Shown here: in pieces, positions 15,201 to 27,456 of the stretch
Position numbering within the stretch: position 1 is the stretch's first letter
Layout: every line of letters begins with the position of its first letter
The notes under the pieces: generated by a model
Told to the model about the DNA's origin: nothing
Seen by the model: the letters and a program-made list of their open reading frames with translations, nothing else
Database searches by the model: none
Program-made: the position numbers and the translations under genes
Origin: Blepharisma stoltei ATCC 30299
Lineage: Eukaryota; Protista; Ciliophora
Reading direction: 5' to 3'
NCBI GenBank assembly: GCA_965603825.1
Contig: CBFDEM010000045.1
Location: forward strand, 248,001-312,000
Length of the DNA stretch: 64,000 nt

Positions 15201-17526
15201 TATATGACCAATAACCGCCTATAAACAGCTGATAAGCTTGAAGTGGAGGGGTTTTTATTAAAGGAGGTCTATGTACAATTAAGATAAAAGTGCTCGATAC
15301 TGTTATTCCTTTAAAGACACCAGTAAATGTTATATATCCTGAATTTCCAAATGAAGACGTAGGGGTTCATGTTAAACTGTTATCTGAGCCAGCTGCTCCT
15401 GAAGGCAAAGCTGTGTAAGAGTAGCTATCTAGAGTAATAGATGCCATGTCAGTGCTAAAATAGTCTGTAATAGGCACAGTGCATAGCAAGTCAACATAGC
15501 AGTCATAATTTCAATTATTAGTCATAGAAAATGTCTGAGAATCCGCTAAGACTTGGAGTTTAAAGGTTTGACTGAAGCTGGTCGCAGTTACAGAATCACC
15601 TATTGTAACTGTTATTAGCTCGGATTCTTTATAACCAGAGCCAGCCAGGTATGAGCTCATATCTGATTGTGCCAATGTAAAGATACCTCCACTTGTAAGA
15701 CTATAGACTAAAGAAGTTTGAGAATGATCAGAGCTGAATGTAAGTAATGATGAAATTGAATAAGTTACATAGTATTTTACATCAAGTGTAAAAGATTGAG
15801 ACGCATAAGCCACTAAATTTGAATCTGGAATCGTGACAATCTGAGGGTTACTGTAGCTCCTCAAATTAATTTTGAATTGCATAGAAGCTACTATTGGAGA
15901 TCCAAAATAGCTCGGCGTACTGGCTTGCACTACATAATAGTCAGTCCCTGTTGGGGCATCTTCTCCTTCTCCGAATGATCCTTTACTAACAGTTGTCCAT
16001 ATTAAAGAGATAGAAGAAGAAGTGCGTGAGACTGTTGGAGAAAAGTTATTAAATGACAGAGTTAGTTCATCAAGGTTGTAATAAGTTATCGTTAAAGGAA
16101 CTGTAATTTGGTAGCCAAAAAAATAATAAATAGGGCTAGGAGGCAAAATTATAGGAGGATATTGGATTTCCAATGTCAAAGAAGCTTCTGAAGTAAGAGC
16201 ACAGCAAGCACAGTTATCAAAACTTATCTCATAATAGATCACTATCTGTGTATTATCAGCATATCTATCAATTGCACCTTCTATTATTCTGATTAGGCCA
16301 CTTTGGTTATCTATAAGATCAACTTGAAAATCATTGATAGATTTTGTTGAATCGATGGATAATCGATATACATAAGAGGAAAGTGAATAACTAGGATCGT
16401 AAAACCATTCTCCACTGTATCTATATATCGTTTTAGTCATAGCAGTTCCAATAACTGCACTATAAGCAGGATTTTGAAGATAGCTGTATGTGATCGTTAT
16501 TGAAGTGCTCATTTTATTATTCCCACCTGAAGTAATTCCAGAGTCTATAGCAGTGATCTTTAAATAATAAGTGCCATAAGCTAGTGTGCTTATAGGAGTG
16601 ACAGTAATTGTTTTAGTGGATCCATTAATTACCGTTGATATCGGAAATGAGCTTGTATTGTTTATAGAAACAGTTACGTCACTTATATCATGATTTTGAT
16701 CCGTAACACTAAAATCCAATGGAGAAGGACTGCAATAAAAAGAATATGTGAGTCCACTTGAAGGAAAAATCACTGGAGCAATATTTGGATAATAAGGGCC
16801 TAACGTCAAAGTTTCATAGCAAGTTGTTGCTTTATCATAAACCTATATAAATGTCACCTGTATAGATCAGCTTACAGAATCAGTTGTGCACACAATTGGT
16901 TCATAATAAAATACTCCGTTTTTGAGCACAGTGATGTGAACAATATTGCTTGAGCCCAAAGAAAATTCAAATTGGTTAGTATCTCCACTAGTTATTGAAA
17001 ATTTCCCTATGTATGGAACGTTGCATGCAGGAGTTATACAGCTGGAACAATAATTATTTGATGAGGTGCAAGCTGATGTACAAGAAGAGCTTGAAGTAAG
17101 CTTAATAGATGGGAAATTAGGGTCTCTAACATCAAATATAAGGGGTAAAGCATTAGATAAGGAAGAGTCATCGGTACCTGCAGTACCTGACGATATCATA
17201 GAGCTATCATCTCAGACGAGAGCATAAAATGTTTTAGATCCTGATGATGTTGGTGTATATTTCAATAATCCAGATGTAGTTATAGTGATATTTTCAGTTC
17301 CAAGAGATAATAAATCAAAATAGCAGGCTGTTGGTGACGTTGTTGGGCTGCAAGATCCTGCTGGGGTGGGGGAGTTTGAAGAATCAACAGCTTTTAATTG
17401 CAAAGTCAGTTGAGAATTTGTGCAGACAATCAAATTATCAGGAGCAGGATGGCATAGTGCTGGATAAGTTGTTGTTGTCGAAGCGCAAAGAGCGCTTGTG
17501 ATTAAAATTAATAATTCTTCAATCAT
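6244..17526 (-). CDS. Giant (~3755 aa) cell-surface protein: signal peptide, Ser/Thr-rich beta-sandwich repeats, IPT/TIG-like domain, GCC2/GCC3-type Cys repeats, multi-TM C-terminus
   Basis: All minus-strand ORF pieces from 17526 to 6244 share one frame. Every junction translated by hand is TGA except one TAG inside a 15-nt intron (16843-16857). N-terminus MIEELLILITSALCA; many CPxGxYC repeats at ~9450-11550; several hydrophobic helices at ~6700-8120. Confidence 0.88.
16843..16857 (-). other. 15-nt intron GTGACATTTATATAG
   Basis: GT..AG with A at position 10. It removes the only in-frame TAG of the 11.3-kb CDS. Confidence 0.85.
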
Positions 17527-17878
17527 CTTATTAATTATTTGCAATCTTTTGATGATGAAGACTCTTTTAAGTGAAATAAGCAAAAAATATTTTTAAATCA
17601 ATTAGAATTATTTATATACAATTTTTGAGATATTAATGTATGATAGGAAAAATTAAAAGGTTTTGAGTCCAAATTGCTAAGTATATACTATTAAAATGTT
17701 TTATTAATTATAGAATATTTTTACAATTTTAAATCAGAATTTAAGACTAATTTCAAATGCTTTTTCGCTTTTAAAATATTATAAAAATCACTTTTATCTA
17801 AATTAAATTATTTCTCATAGATTAACGAAATCGTGTTAAAAAATTATTGTACAGAAATTGATTAATTATATGTTCCAC

Positions 17879-18136
17879 TTAAAATAACTCGCAATGACAA
17901 GACGGTTGCTGAGTATTTTCGATAAAGTGAGCTGTGGTGTTTCTTGTAGAATACAGAGAAATATCTACAGTTGTTTCGTCTGATTTATCAGATTGTGTGT
18001 CTATATAATCATCTTCCAGCCCTTGAGCACAAGAGAGCATTGTTTGTGAATAGCTGATTATACTTGGTAGAGAGCAGATTGTTTCTGTGTTTTCTTTGGG
18101 CTGCATTGGCAATTTAATTAAATTTATTAATGGCAT
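17879..18136 (-). CDS. Small hypothetical protein, 85 aa, CaaX-like C-terminus (CHCELF)
   Basis: ATG-TAA ORF, less AT-rich than its flanks. No family recognised. Confidence 0.55.
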   Translation of the reverse strand: MPLINLIKLPMQPKENTETICSLPSIISYSQTMLSCAQGLEDDYIDTQSDKSDETTVDISLYSTRNTTAHFIENTQQPSCHCELF

Positions 18137-18529
18137 ATAAAATTATTTAATATTTTCAAATTCGTGAGAAATAAGCTGATTTTTATTATTTGCATAAGTG
18201 TCAATATAAGCATCTCAGAGAAGCAAGAGAATTGTATGAGAGTATTAGAATTATTATACATATTTTGAGCAGTTTTTTAATAATATTTCATAATTAACTT
18301 TAATGACTTAAGGATTAATCATAAAAATTTACAAAAATTCAGCTTTGATGCAATCAAAATTTCCAACACTTTATTTAATACAGCAAGAAACATAATTTCC
18401 TAATATTTATGGCCTAACAGAAAATACTTTTTTAATAATTTTTAAATATAAAGTTCTATTATCATATATAAAAATTTAAAAAAATGCAAATATTTATCAT
18501 GACTAACTCTATTAGTTTAACTACTTAGC

Positions 18530-20194
18530 TTATAGCTTTGGTCCTGCAGCCTTAGTTTCTTTAGAAGCTCCAGACTCGTATTTCTTGAAGTTATCAATGA
18601 ATTCATGAGCGAGTTTGGTCAAAGTCCTGTCATATTCTTCCTTGTTTGCCCAAGTATTCTTTGGCATCAGAATTTGAGGGTCAACTCCAGGACAAGATGT
18701 AGGGACATGAAGTCCGAAGATTGGAAGGTCTTTAGTAGGGACGTTGTCGAGTTCTCCAGCATGGATGGCATCAAGAATCTTTCTTGTAACCTTAAGGTCC
18801 ATTCTTTTACCAACGCCGAATTTTCCACCAGACCATCCAGTGTTAAGAAGCCAAGTGGTGGCTCCGTGCTTTCTCAACTTAGCTGCAAGCATTTCTGCGT
18901 ATACAGAAGGATGCAGAGGCAAAAAGGCTTCACCAAAGCAAGCAGAGAAGGTAGATTCAGGGTCTTTAATTCCTACTTCAGTTCCTGCTACTTTTGCAGT
19001 GTACCCACTGATAAAGTGATACATGGATTGTTCAGGAGTGAGTTTAGAAACAGGTGGAAGAACTCCAGAGGCATCACAAGTAAGGAAAATAACATTCTTA
19101 GGATGTCCTCCTACAGCTGGGATTTTGACGTTTGGAATATACTCAAGTGGGTATGAAAGTCTTGTATTTTCTGTAAGTGAAATATTGCTAAAGTCAACTT
19201 CTCTTGTACCTGGTTTGAAGCATACATTTTCAAGTACTGACCCAAACCTTACAGCATCATAAATTTCTGGCTCCTTTTCTCTGCTTAAGTTGATGCATTT
19301 TGCATAGCAGCCACCTTCAATGTTGAAGATACCTTCATCAGTCCAACAGTGCTCGTCATCTCCTATCAATTTTCTATGAGGATCAGCACTTAAGGTAGTT
19401 TTTCCAGTCCCTGAAAGTCCAAAAAGCAAAGTTGTATCACCTTTAGGTCCTTCATTAGCTGAAGCATGAAGAGAGACAACTCCATGCTTCTTTGGCATGA
19501 CGTAGTGCATGACTCCGAAGATGCCTTTTTTCATTTCTCCTGCGTATTGGCTTCCTAAGATCACAAGTTTTTGATCTTTGAAATTGACGTTTACAGATGT
19601 CTGTGAGGTGACGCCGTCTACGTGAGTGTCTGCTGGGAATTCTCCTGCGTTAAGGACGTGGAAATCTATGTGATTGAAGTCAGTTGCGAGCTGTTCTTCT
19701 GTTGGGCGAATTAGCATATTGTGCATAAAAAGAGCATGATAAGCTCTTGTGCAAATTATTCGGACTTTAAGTCTGTATTTTGGATCCCAACCTACGTAGC
19801 CGTCTACAACGTAGAGATATGGCCTGTTGTTTAAGTAATCAATAGCTCTTTGCTTATTGATGTCATAGGATGCTTCAGAAAGAGGGATATTAACCTTTCC
19901 CCACCAAATGTCTTTTTCTGTAGTTTCCTCTTTGACAACTCTCTTTTCCTTTGGTGAGCGGCCAGTAGCAGAGGCTGAGTATGCGCACAAAGCTCCTGTG
20001 CTGGAGACTGTAGTTACCTTAGTGTATGGATTAGCTGGCTCTTTATCTAAGCATCTCTCATAGTATTCAGGAACCATGAGGTTGCGGTAGATGTGTCTGT
20101 TAACTATTCCAAGTTTCTTTAAGTCTGGATGACCTGTCATGTCATGGGTTTTTGAAATAAAAGACCTGCTTAAGATATTTAAGCGACCCAGCAT
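18530..20194 (-). CDS. PCK1: Phosphoenolpyruvate carboxykinase (ATP-dependent), 554 aa
   Basis: TGRSPKEK, YAGEMKKG, SLHASAN, FGLSGTGKTTLS, LIGDDEH, NIEGGCYAK, ENTR, NTGWSGG. Confidence 0.97.
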   Translation of the reverse strand: MLGRLNILSRSFISKTHDMTGHPDLKKLGIVNRHIYRNLMVPEYYERCLDKEPANPYTKVTTVSSTGALCAYSASATGRSPKEKRVVKEETTEKDIWWGKVNIPLSEASYDINKQRAIDYLNNRPYLYVVDGYVGWDPKYRLKVRIICTRAYHALFMHNMLIRPTEEQLATDFNHIDFHVLNAGEFPADTHVDGVTSQTSVNVNFKDQKLVILGSQYAGEMKKGIFGVMHYVMPKKHGVVSLHASANEGPKGDTTLLFGLSGTGKTTLSADPHRKLIGDDEHCWTDEGIFNIEGGCYAKCINLSREKEPEIYDAVRFGSVLENVCFKPGTREVDFSNISLTENTRLSYPLEYIPNVKIPAVGGHPKNVIFLTCDASGVLPPVSKLTPEQSMYHFISGYTAKVAGTEVGIKDPESTFSACFGEAFLPLHPSVYAEMLAAKLRKHGATTWLLNTGWSGGKFGVGKRMDLKVTRKILDAIHAGELDNVPTKDLPIFGLHVPTSCPGVDPQILMPKNTWANKEEYDRTLTKLAHEFIDNFKKYESGASKETKAAGPKL

Positions 20195-20633
20195 AATTAT
20201 TATTGGTTGTGGGCACAGATAATATGGGTGGCTGATATTAAAGATGATATTATTTAGACCTAGATTCTAAGACAGCTATAGTTTTCAAGCATAAATAAGA
20301 TTATAATCCTATCAAAGCTTCGAAAAATGGATTATAGAATAAGTAGAAGAAGTCTTTTTTTAAAAAAGGTCTTTTGGCAACAAAATTATAATTAATAGCA
20401 ATTAAGTATTTTTATAGCTATTTATTTGCTTAATTTTATTATATTTTAATATCAATAGTTTTTGGGAGAATCGAAGAATAAGATCTGAATTTTACATTAT
20501 AAAGTAATATAAGACCATTATTTAACATTATGTACAAAAGTATTTGAGAGAACGGGAATTAAGAAGTTTTATTTTATTTAATATAATTTAGCTTACTTTT
20601 CTATGTATTGTGATACCACAACAAGTCCTTAAA

Positions 20634-21989
20634 TTATTTTCTGGCTGGAGATGCTACTTTACGTTCAAGCCTTTTTTTAATATGTGAAGGTGTAAGCATT
20701 CTATAGTGCTTTACGCTGAAAATTGGGGAATTTCCACTACCCTGAGACATCCTAAGTGAAGAGTCTGCAGTCAATGGAGATTTGGAGCTTCCTTTATTAA
20801 AAGGTGTCCAATCCCTTCCAGGTAAAGGTGTTTGATGTCTTGCAGTCTTATAAATTTTTGGGTGATTTAATGGTGGCAGCACAGGAAATTTTCTCTTGCT
20901 TTCTTTTGGCTTATCCTGACTTGCCATAAGTCTTTTAAGCTCGTATTCTTCCTTAAGCAAATTCAATCGATTTTTTAAAACCTCAGGAGTTTTTGCTTCA
21001 GATTTTTTGTCTTCTGCTTTATGTGTAATGGCTTCTTCATGGTTTTTGTTGCTTACTATACACGAGAATAGAATAGAGTATATAATTCCTTTTAATTTTA
21101 ATTCTTCTCCATACCGCTTGAAGATTTCGAAAGAAGTCAAAGGTATTTCTTTCCCAGAACGGAGGATTCATGGGTGATTTAAAGCTTGAGAAGCTGTATA
21201 GCGTTCTAGTGGGACCATTTCTGTTAGTTTTAAGAATAATGACTTAGCTTCTTTTGAAAAGTTTTGGTGGAAATGCCATTTTGGCCTTTTTAATTTTTCT
21301 AAATATGTTGAGACTTTTTCGTTTGGTTTTGCTAAGGGGTGAGAATTATTGCTTAAAATCATATAAAGCAAAATTCCACAGCTCCAAATATCAACTGTTT
21401 TGCTATACGATTGCGAAGAAGCCTGCTCTGGAGCCATAAACAGCAAAGTCCCGCACTTTTCGTTTTCCATAAAATGCTTATAGCGAGAGTCATATAGAGT
21501 GCTTAGTCCAAAATCAATAATTTTAACAGCACTTAAGTCTTGGTTTTCTGGGACCAAAATATTTTCTGGCTTTATATCCCTATGGATTAAATTTTTGTCG
21601 TGTATATATACAACAGCTTGTAAAATCCCTTTCATAATTTGAGATGCCTGAAGATCACTAATTTGATTTTTTTGTATATATTGCTTGAGGTTTCCGCCGT
21701 ATATCATTTCCATTACTATAAATAGTCGTAAATCAGTCTCTTTTAAGTGCTTGAATTTTATGATATTTGGGTGATTTAAGGAAGATAAAATTTCTGCCTC
21801 CTGTTTTAATTCAGAGACCCTGCCTTGTTTAACGTTATGTTTTTCAATTATTTTTATCGCTACTTCTTCTCCTGTACTTTTATCAATCGCGTGGACCACT
21901 TTCCCGAAACTTCCACTACCTATTGTGTCAATATAAACATAAAAATCTGAGAATTTGTCGTGGTATTCTCCTTTGTCGAATTCTTCCAT
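20634..21989 (-). CDS. CAMK-group Ser/Thr protein kinase, 451 aa
   Basis: GSGSFG, VAIK, HRDIKPEN, DFG, CGT..APE. ALNHPW(tga) joins the 20634-21140 tail in frame. Confidence 0.92.
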
Positions 21990-22645
21990 TTTGGCAATTT
22001 AGTAAAAATTATGTCAATAGGAGAGCAATTTCGATGATTATTCATTATTTTTGTAGGCTTGATTTATTTTTTTTTTAAGTTTAGTTGAATATTTGTTGGG
22101 AGAAATATTAATTTTTTATTTATTTAATAAAATAAATGTGAATTTTAGAGAATTTGAAGCATTTTGAGAGAAGTATTGAAATCTAGCACTAAATTTGTGT
22201 ATTCATTAATTATTTATTTACAATTAATTGCTATGGCGCTTTGAAAGCTTAGGATCTGTTAAATTATGCGTCTAGATAACTAAAACTAAAAGAAAATTGT
22301 AAGATCAATTTAGAGCACTAAAAAATAATTATATCCCCCTCATACTTTTACACCTGTTATCTTTAAAGGTTTGGAGAATGATTCTAATTGATCTTCTCAA
22401 CCATTCTAAATTGTTTTATAACGCATTTATAAAAATCAAAAGAAACACAAAATTAAGTATTCTTATACACAATTAAAAGCAGGAGCATCATGTCTTATAA
22501 TATAAATCAATTTAAAAGCCACAACTTTTCTCCAAAGAAAAATAAATATAATATGATTTCTTTTCCTTAAGGCTTACGCAATTACAAGGCTAATCTTTTC
22601 TTAAAAGATATCAATTAGTATCTTCATTTATATTGCATCACATAA

Positions 22646-24409
22646 ATGATCCGTTCATATTGAAAGTGGGTAGGAGCTCTTGCTGCTGGATCAGGATTAA
22701 GATTTTTAATTTATGGCACAGAACCAAAAACCACCCGAGAATATACCCTTCCAACGTTAAGTACCAGACAAGAAAATATCAAAGCCTTGAAATACAAAGA
22801 ATATGATATATTAGTTATAGGAGGAGGTGCCACAGGTGCAGGAATTGCTTTAGAAGCTGCCTCACGAGGTCTATCTTGTGGTCTCATTGAAAGGGGTGAT
22901 TTTGCTTCCCAGACATCCAGCAAGTCTACCAAACTTTTGCACGGTGGAGTCAGATATCTTGAAAAAGCAGTAAAAGGGGAAAATATCTACGAAAACCTTT
23001 TATTAGTATCAGAAGCGTTAAAAGAAAGGGACATCTTGATCAACTCAGCTCCACACATGAATAAGTGGCTTGCTATCTCAGTACCTACAGATAGCTATTT
23101 TTGGCTACTTTATTACTGGGTTGGCTTATGGGTATATCATTTCATAGCATATATTCAAAATTGTTATACAGGGAATGCAAGTACTGAGCTACCAAGGCCA
23201 GGAATTTCTTTTGAGTCACAAACATTAATACCAAGGCTGAAGTCAAAATTTAAAGGGAGTACAATTTATTATGATGGACAAATGAACGACACGAGACTCT
23301 GTTTAGAAGTATTGCTAACAGCAAGCAGCAAGGGCTATATAAAAGGAATGGTCCAAGCTAATATAGCAAATTATTGTAAGGCTGTATCTTTTATTAAAAA
23401 ACAAGGACTGATAGTTGGGGTAAGAGCAGAAGATTTAATAACTGGGGAGCAGTTTGATATTAAGGCAAAAGTAGTTATGAACTGCACAGGCGTTTTTTCA
23501 GACTCCATACGGAAAAGTGCTGGTCAAAGAGACTCCGATAGGATTGTCCCAGCTAAGGGCTCTCATTTTCTACTGCCATCCTCTTATACTCCTAATGGCT
23601 ATGGTCTTTTGATCCCTAAAACTACAGATGGAAGAGTTTTGTTTTTACTTCCATGGGAAGGCTATACAATTGCAGGCACAACGGACGAAAAAGGCACAGC
23701 AACAGTCCATTCGTTTATGCTTTCTCACGAAAAGCAGTTCCTAGCTCAAGAGTTATCAAGATTTCTCAATAAAACTCCTGAAGAAATCAGTAACGATATA
23801 AAAGGAAGCTTTAGTGGAGAGCGACCACTAGTAAAATCAAAAGACGAAAAAACTTCTTCAATACTCAGGACTCATTCTGTTGAAGTCTCTTTAAATGGGC
23901 TTATCTCAGTTATGGGTGGGAAATGGACGACCTTCAGAGCCATGGCTGAAAATGCAGTTGACGTCGCTGTAGAAAGATTTGGTTTGCCAGCTAAATATAT
24001 ATCACGGACCAGAGATATGAAATTAATAGGAAGTCAAATAAATATTGAAGAACTTCAAAGTAAACTTATAAAAGAATACAAAATTAGTGAAGAGCAGGCT
24101 AAATATCTTGTCAAAGAGTACGGAAGAAGAAGTGAAGATGTACTTAAGGTTGGCAGAAATGAGCAGCTAATAGAAGGGCATCCATTTACAATTGGAGAAA
24201 TCGTATATAGCACTAGGTCTGAATATGCTGAAAAACCAATTGATATAATTGCGAGAAGGATGAGACTTGCGCTGCTTGATGTAAAATCGGCCATAAAAGC
24301 TTTAGATATTGTGATTAATGAAATGGGAAATGAGCTCAAATGGAGCAAGTCAAAAAGAGAGCAAGAATATAAAACAGCTGTTATGGAACTCACACAGTTT
24401 TTTAGCTAA
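22646..24409 (+). CDS. GPD2: FAD-dependent (mitochondrial-type) glycerol-3-phosphate dehydrogenase, 587 aa
   Basis: IGGGATGAG, TSSKSTKLLHGGVRYL, YYDGQMND, GGKWTTFR. An upstream in-frame ATG at 22646 gives the leader MIRSYW(tga)KWVGALAAGSG. Confidence 0.93.
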
Positions 24410-24451
24410 TTCATGAAAAAAAATTAAATAAACTCTTAGATATTTATCTAA

Positions 24452-25525
24452 TTATAGTAACGCATGCAGTTGATGTGAAGGGCCATCTGTTTCTCCTCTG
24501 TACCTAAAAATTTTAACAAAATCGGTCCTCGGCTTCTCTGGAAGCTCATCAACTTTGACCTCTTCTACAGGTTTTTCTCTTTTATCAAGTATTCCTTGCA
24601 GTCTTAAAGCTTGAAACGCAAACTCTTTTGCTCCATCCATCCTGCCATACATTTCTTCTTTTTTCGCTTTCGCATATAGCGATTTAATTTCGTTTTTTAT
24701 GGCTTCTTCTTCAGCATTTTCCCATTCAGGTGCTCGACTCACTTGAGAATTTCAGAATTTCTTTGCGTTTTCTAGAACTTTTTTGGCAATAGGTGCAGGC
24801 TTTCCTTGGTATTTGTCCCATCCGAAAACGGTGATGGAATTTTTTTCCTCTTCTGCTTCTTTTTGTTCGTTTTTAATTTTTATTTCTTTTACTTCATGGG
24901 CTAGAGCTCGCTCTCCTGTACTTATGGTGGATGCTTTCGGCTTTGACTGCTTAGGCTTTGACTGTGTAGGGCCTTCACTTAGTTTGATAAGGAGCTTTTG
25001 AGCTCTGATTCTTTCTTGAACAGTTATATCTTAGTAAAAATTACCATGTCTATCAAGAATTTTCAGAGATGGGATTGTGGCAATTACTTTCATGCGATAA
25101 TAAGGCTCTTCTGCGCATGGATTTCCATAAAGATCTATTTAAAAAATACTTAGATGCTCCAAGCATGAAAACTTGCATAAGATTTTAAGGACATTATCTA
25201 ATCCTCTCAAGTTATTATTTCCCGCAAGGAATTTTTGAAGGAATTTGAAGTATTTGATTGAGCCATCTAATGTGATTAAGCAGTTGTTTTCTATATAAAG
25301 TTCTTTTATTCGAAAATTTTCATCTAAATTTTCTATTCTTCGAATTTTGTTATTATTTAACCATAGAACTTCTAAATTGGTGAACGATGAAAAATTATCG
25401 ATTTTCTCAATTCCTCTATCTGAAAGGTGGATTTCACTGCAGCTTTTTGCATATTTTGCATTTTTAATTGGCAATACACCCCAGGGATTGCTAACTGTTG
25501 GATCCATTTTTGTTTCCTCAATCAT
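24452..25525 (-). CDS. Leucine-rich repeat protein (SDS22-type LRRs plus LRRcap; LRRC72-like), ~347 aa, two introns
   Basis: LEVLWLNNNKI and IKELYIENN repeats. Splicing two 15-nt introns restores LEHLNLYGNPCAEEPYYRMKVIATIPSLKILDRHDITVQER and runs into the 24452-24742 ORF. Confidence 0.88.
25030..25044 (-). other. 15-nt intron GTAATTTTTACTAAG
   Basis: Removes an in-frame TAA and restores the LRRcap end LDRHDIT..ER; A at position 10. Confidence 0.9.
25135..25149 (-). other. 15-nt intron GTATTTTTTAAATAG
   Basis: Removes an in-frame TAA and restores LNLYGNP; A at position 10. Confidence 0.92.
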
Positions 25526-25958
25526 TTTATAATCAAAATTTGAACTTTCACGTATCTGAGCATGAATAATTATTAAAATGAATCTCTTGGAAATATGTGG
25601 CACCCTAAAAGGAATATGTTAAGGAGTGATAACTTATCTGAAGATTTTTTACAGTTTTATCTATTTATTTTTCGAAAAAATATTGTACAATTTTAAAAAT
25701 CTTTAATTATTTATTAAAAAGTGTTCTTAAGTGCTAACGCATGAGGCTAATTTATCTTAATATGACTTTTATCTATTGCTTATTAAACCAAGAAAGCTGG
25801 GAGAATTAGAGATGAAAACGCATAAAAATATTTTTGGCCTAAAATAAAATCTTTTACTGTTGTTCAATACATCTTTTTAAGATTATTGAGAAATGCAATT
25901 TATAAATTTTCCATCGCCTATATGCATAAACAGCTATTTTTTAACTGTAAAATTAAAG

Positions 25959-27456
25959 CTATTTCATTGATTTGTGTTTAACTAAATCAAATAGTGTCAA
26001 CTTTGGAGGATCCTCATTTCCATTTTCCTCTTCTTTTTCTTTAGACTCTGTTTGTCTCTGACTCCTAACAACCTGTCTCGGAGGTTTTTTTAAAACATCT
26101 GTAAATGAGCTCCAAATGCTTTTGCCAGCTTCCTCACTTTCCTTTTTTTCTTCAATTTTTTTTACTTCTTCAATCTTTTTTGGCGGAGTTACTCTCCTAA
26201 CAGGTACTGCAACTTGAGGATTCTCAAAATAAGCCATTAGTAGATTGTTAGCCTCTTCTTCAGCCTTGCTTCTTTTCGCTATTTCTTGTTGGCATCTTTC
26301 TTCTTTGACTTTTAATCTGCGTCTTTTGTTTGCTCTTTGATGAAGTTCATTATCGAACATTCTAGTCGTTTCGTATGAGCATATGCCCCTCATATCAATT
26401 TCGACTTGGCTTACCGTTGCGCCTCTTGCGATATGGTTAAAAATTCTATATAGAACTTACTTACCCTAGCTTTTTGATTTCAAATTCTGTAATAAAAGTA
26501 TCTTCTATTTCTAGCACCTTACCTGTGATTTTTACTGGAAAATTTTCAAAGTTGCCATACTCTTTCAGCATCATTTTGACATTTAATGGATGCAAAAAGT
26601 AAGGCTGACCATCTGAAATTTGATAAAGGTAGTAATATTTTGATGGATTTCTCAAGGGCTCTTCAGTATTTCTGGTATCGTTTGTATTTGCATGAGAGCT
26701 TTCAATTTCTTTCCCTACGTATTCTAAAGCTTTTTCAATTGCTGATCTTTCAAAAGAGTCTTCTGTTTTTACAAGGCAGGCTTCAAGCTGACTCTTTTGG
26801 TCTTCCAATATGCTTCTTTCATCCAATTGTAATGTAATCCTATTAAAAACTGCGTGGCTGGATTTATAATCTATAAAAGATTGCATAACTTTTTCTTGAA
26901 TTGGCTCTCCACATTTGAATAATGAAATTTTTCCTTTTTCTCTCATAAGTAGCTGCATTTCTATTGTATTGCCTTCTTGCACAGCTTCTACACGTTTAAT
27001 GATCATTGGTCGGAGGTTTGATCCTTTTACAGGGTCAAAACATATTGGGCAGCGTTTAGCTTGATTTTCTGTAGCCCATAAATATCTGATAACACAAGGC
27101 CAGCAAAAGAGATGCCCACATCTATTTACTCTGCATGCTGTGAACTCATGGTCAAGGCAAATTGGGCATGTGAATTGATGTGTAGTAAGTCTGGTCACCA
27201 TTCCAATTGTTTCCCATTCTAAAGGAATATTTGGATCTGTGTGATATTGGATAATTTCTGCTGGGAGGCGGATTGCAAAAGAGCAATATGGAGATAATGT
27301 TATATCTTGTAAGCCTTTTTGCTGAACTTTTTTAATTCGTACTGGAGGTGGTTCTTTTTTGGCTGCGATTTTAAATCCTAGGTACTCTTCCAAGTGGACT
27401 TTCTGATTTTTCTTTTCTTTCTTATTATGCCTGCCCTGACTGGGTTTATTATCCAT
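25959..27456 (-). CDS. RNF10: RNF10/Mag2-like C3HC4 RING E3 ligase, ~492 aa, one intron
   Basis: CPICL..RCGHLFCWPCV..RCPIC and YYLYQISDGQPYFLHPLNVKMM (RNF10-family motif). Joined to 25959-26393 by a 19-nt intron. Confidence 0.85.
26446..26464 (-). other. 19-nt intron GTAAGTAAGTTCTATATAG with a nested 15-nt alternative
   Basis: This is the only short GT-AG choice I found that removes TAA 26461-26463 and restores frame (KKLGIFNHIARGATVSQVEIDM). Confidence 0.75.
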
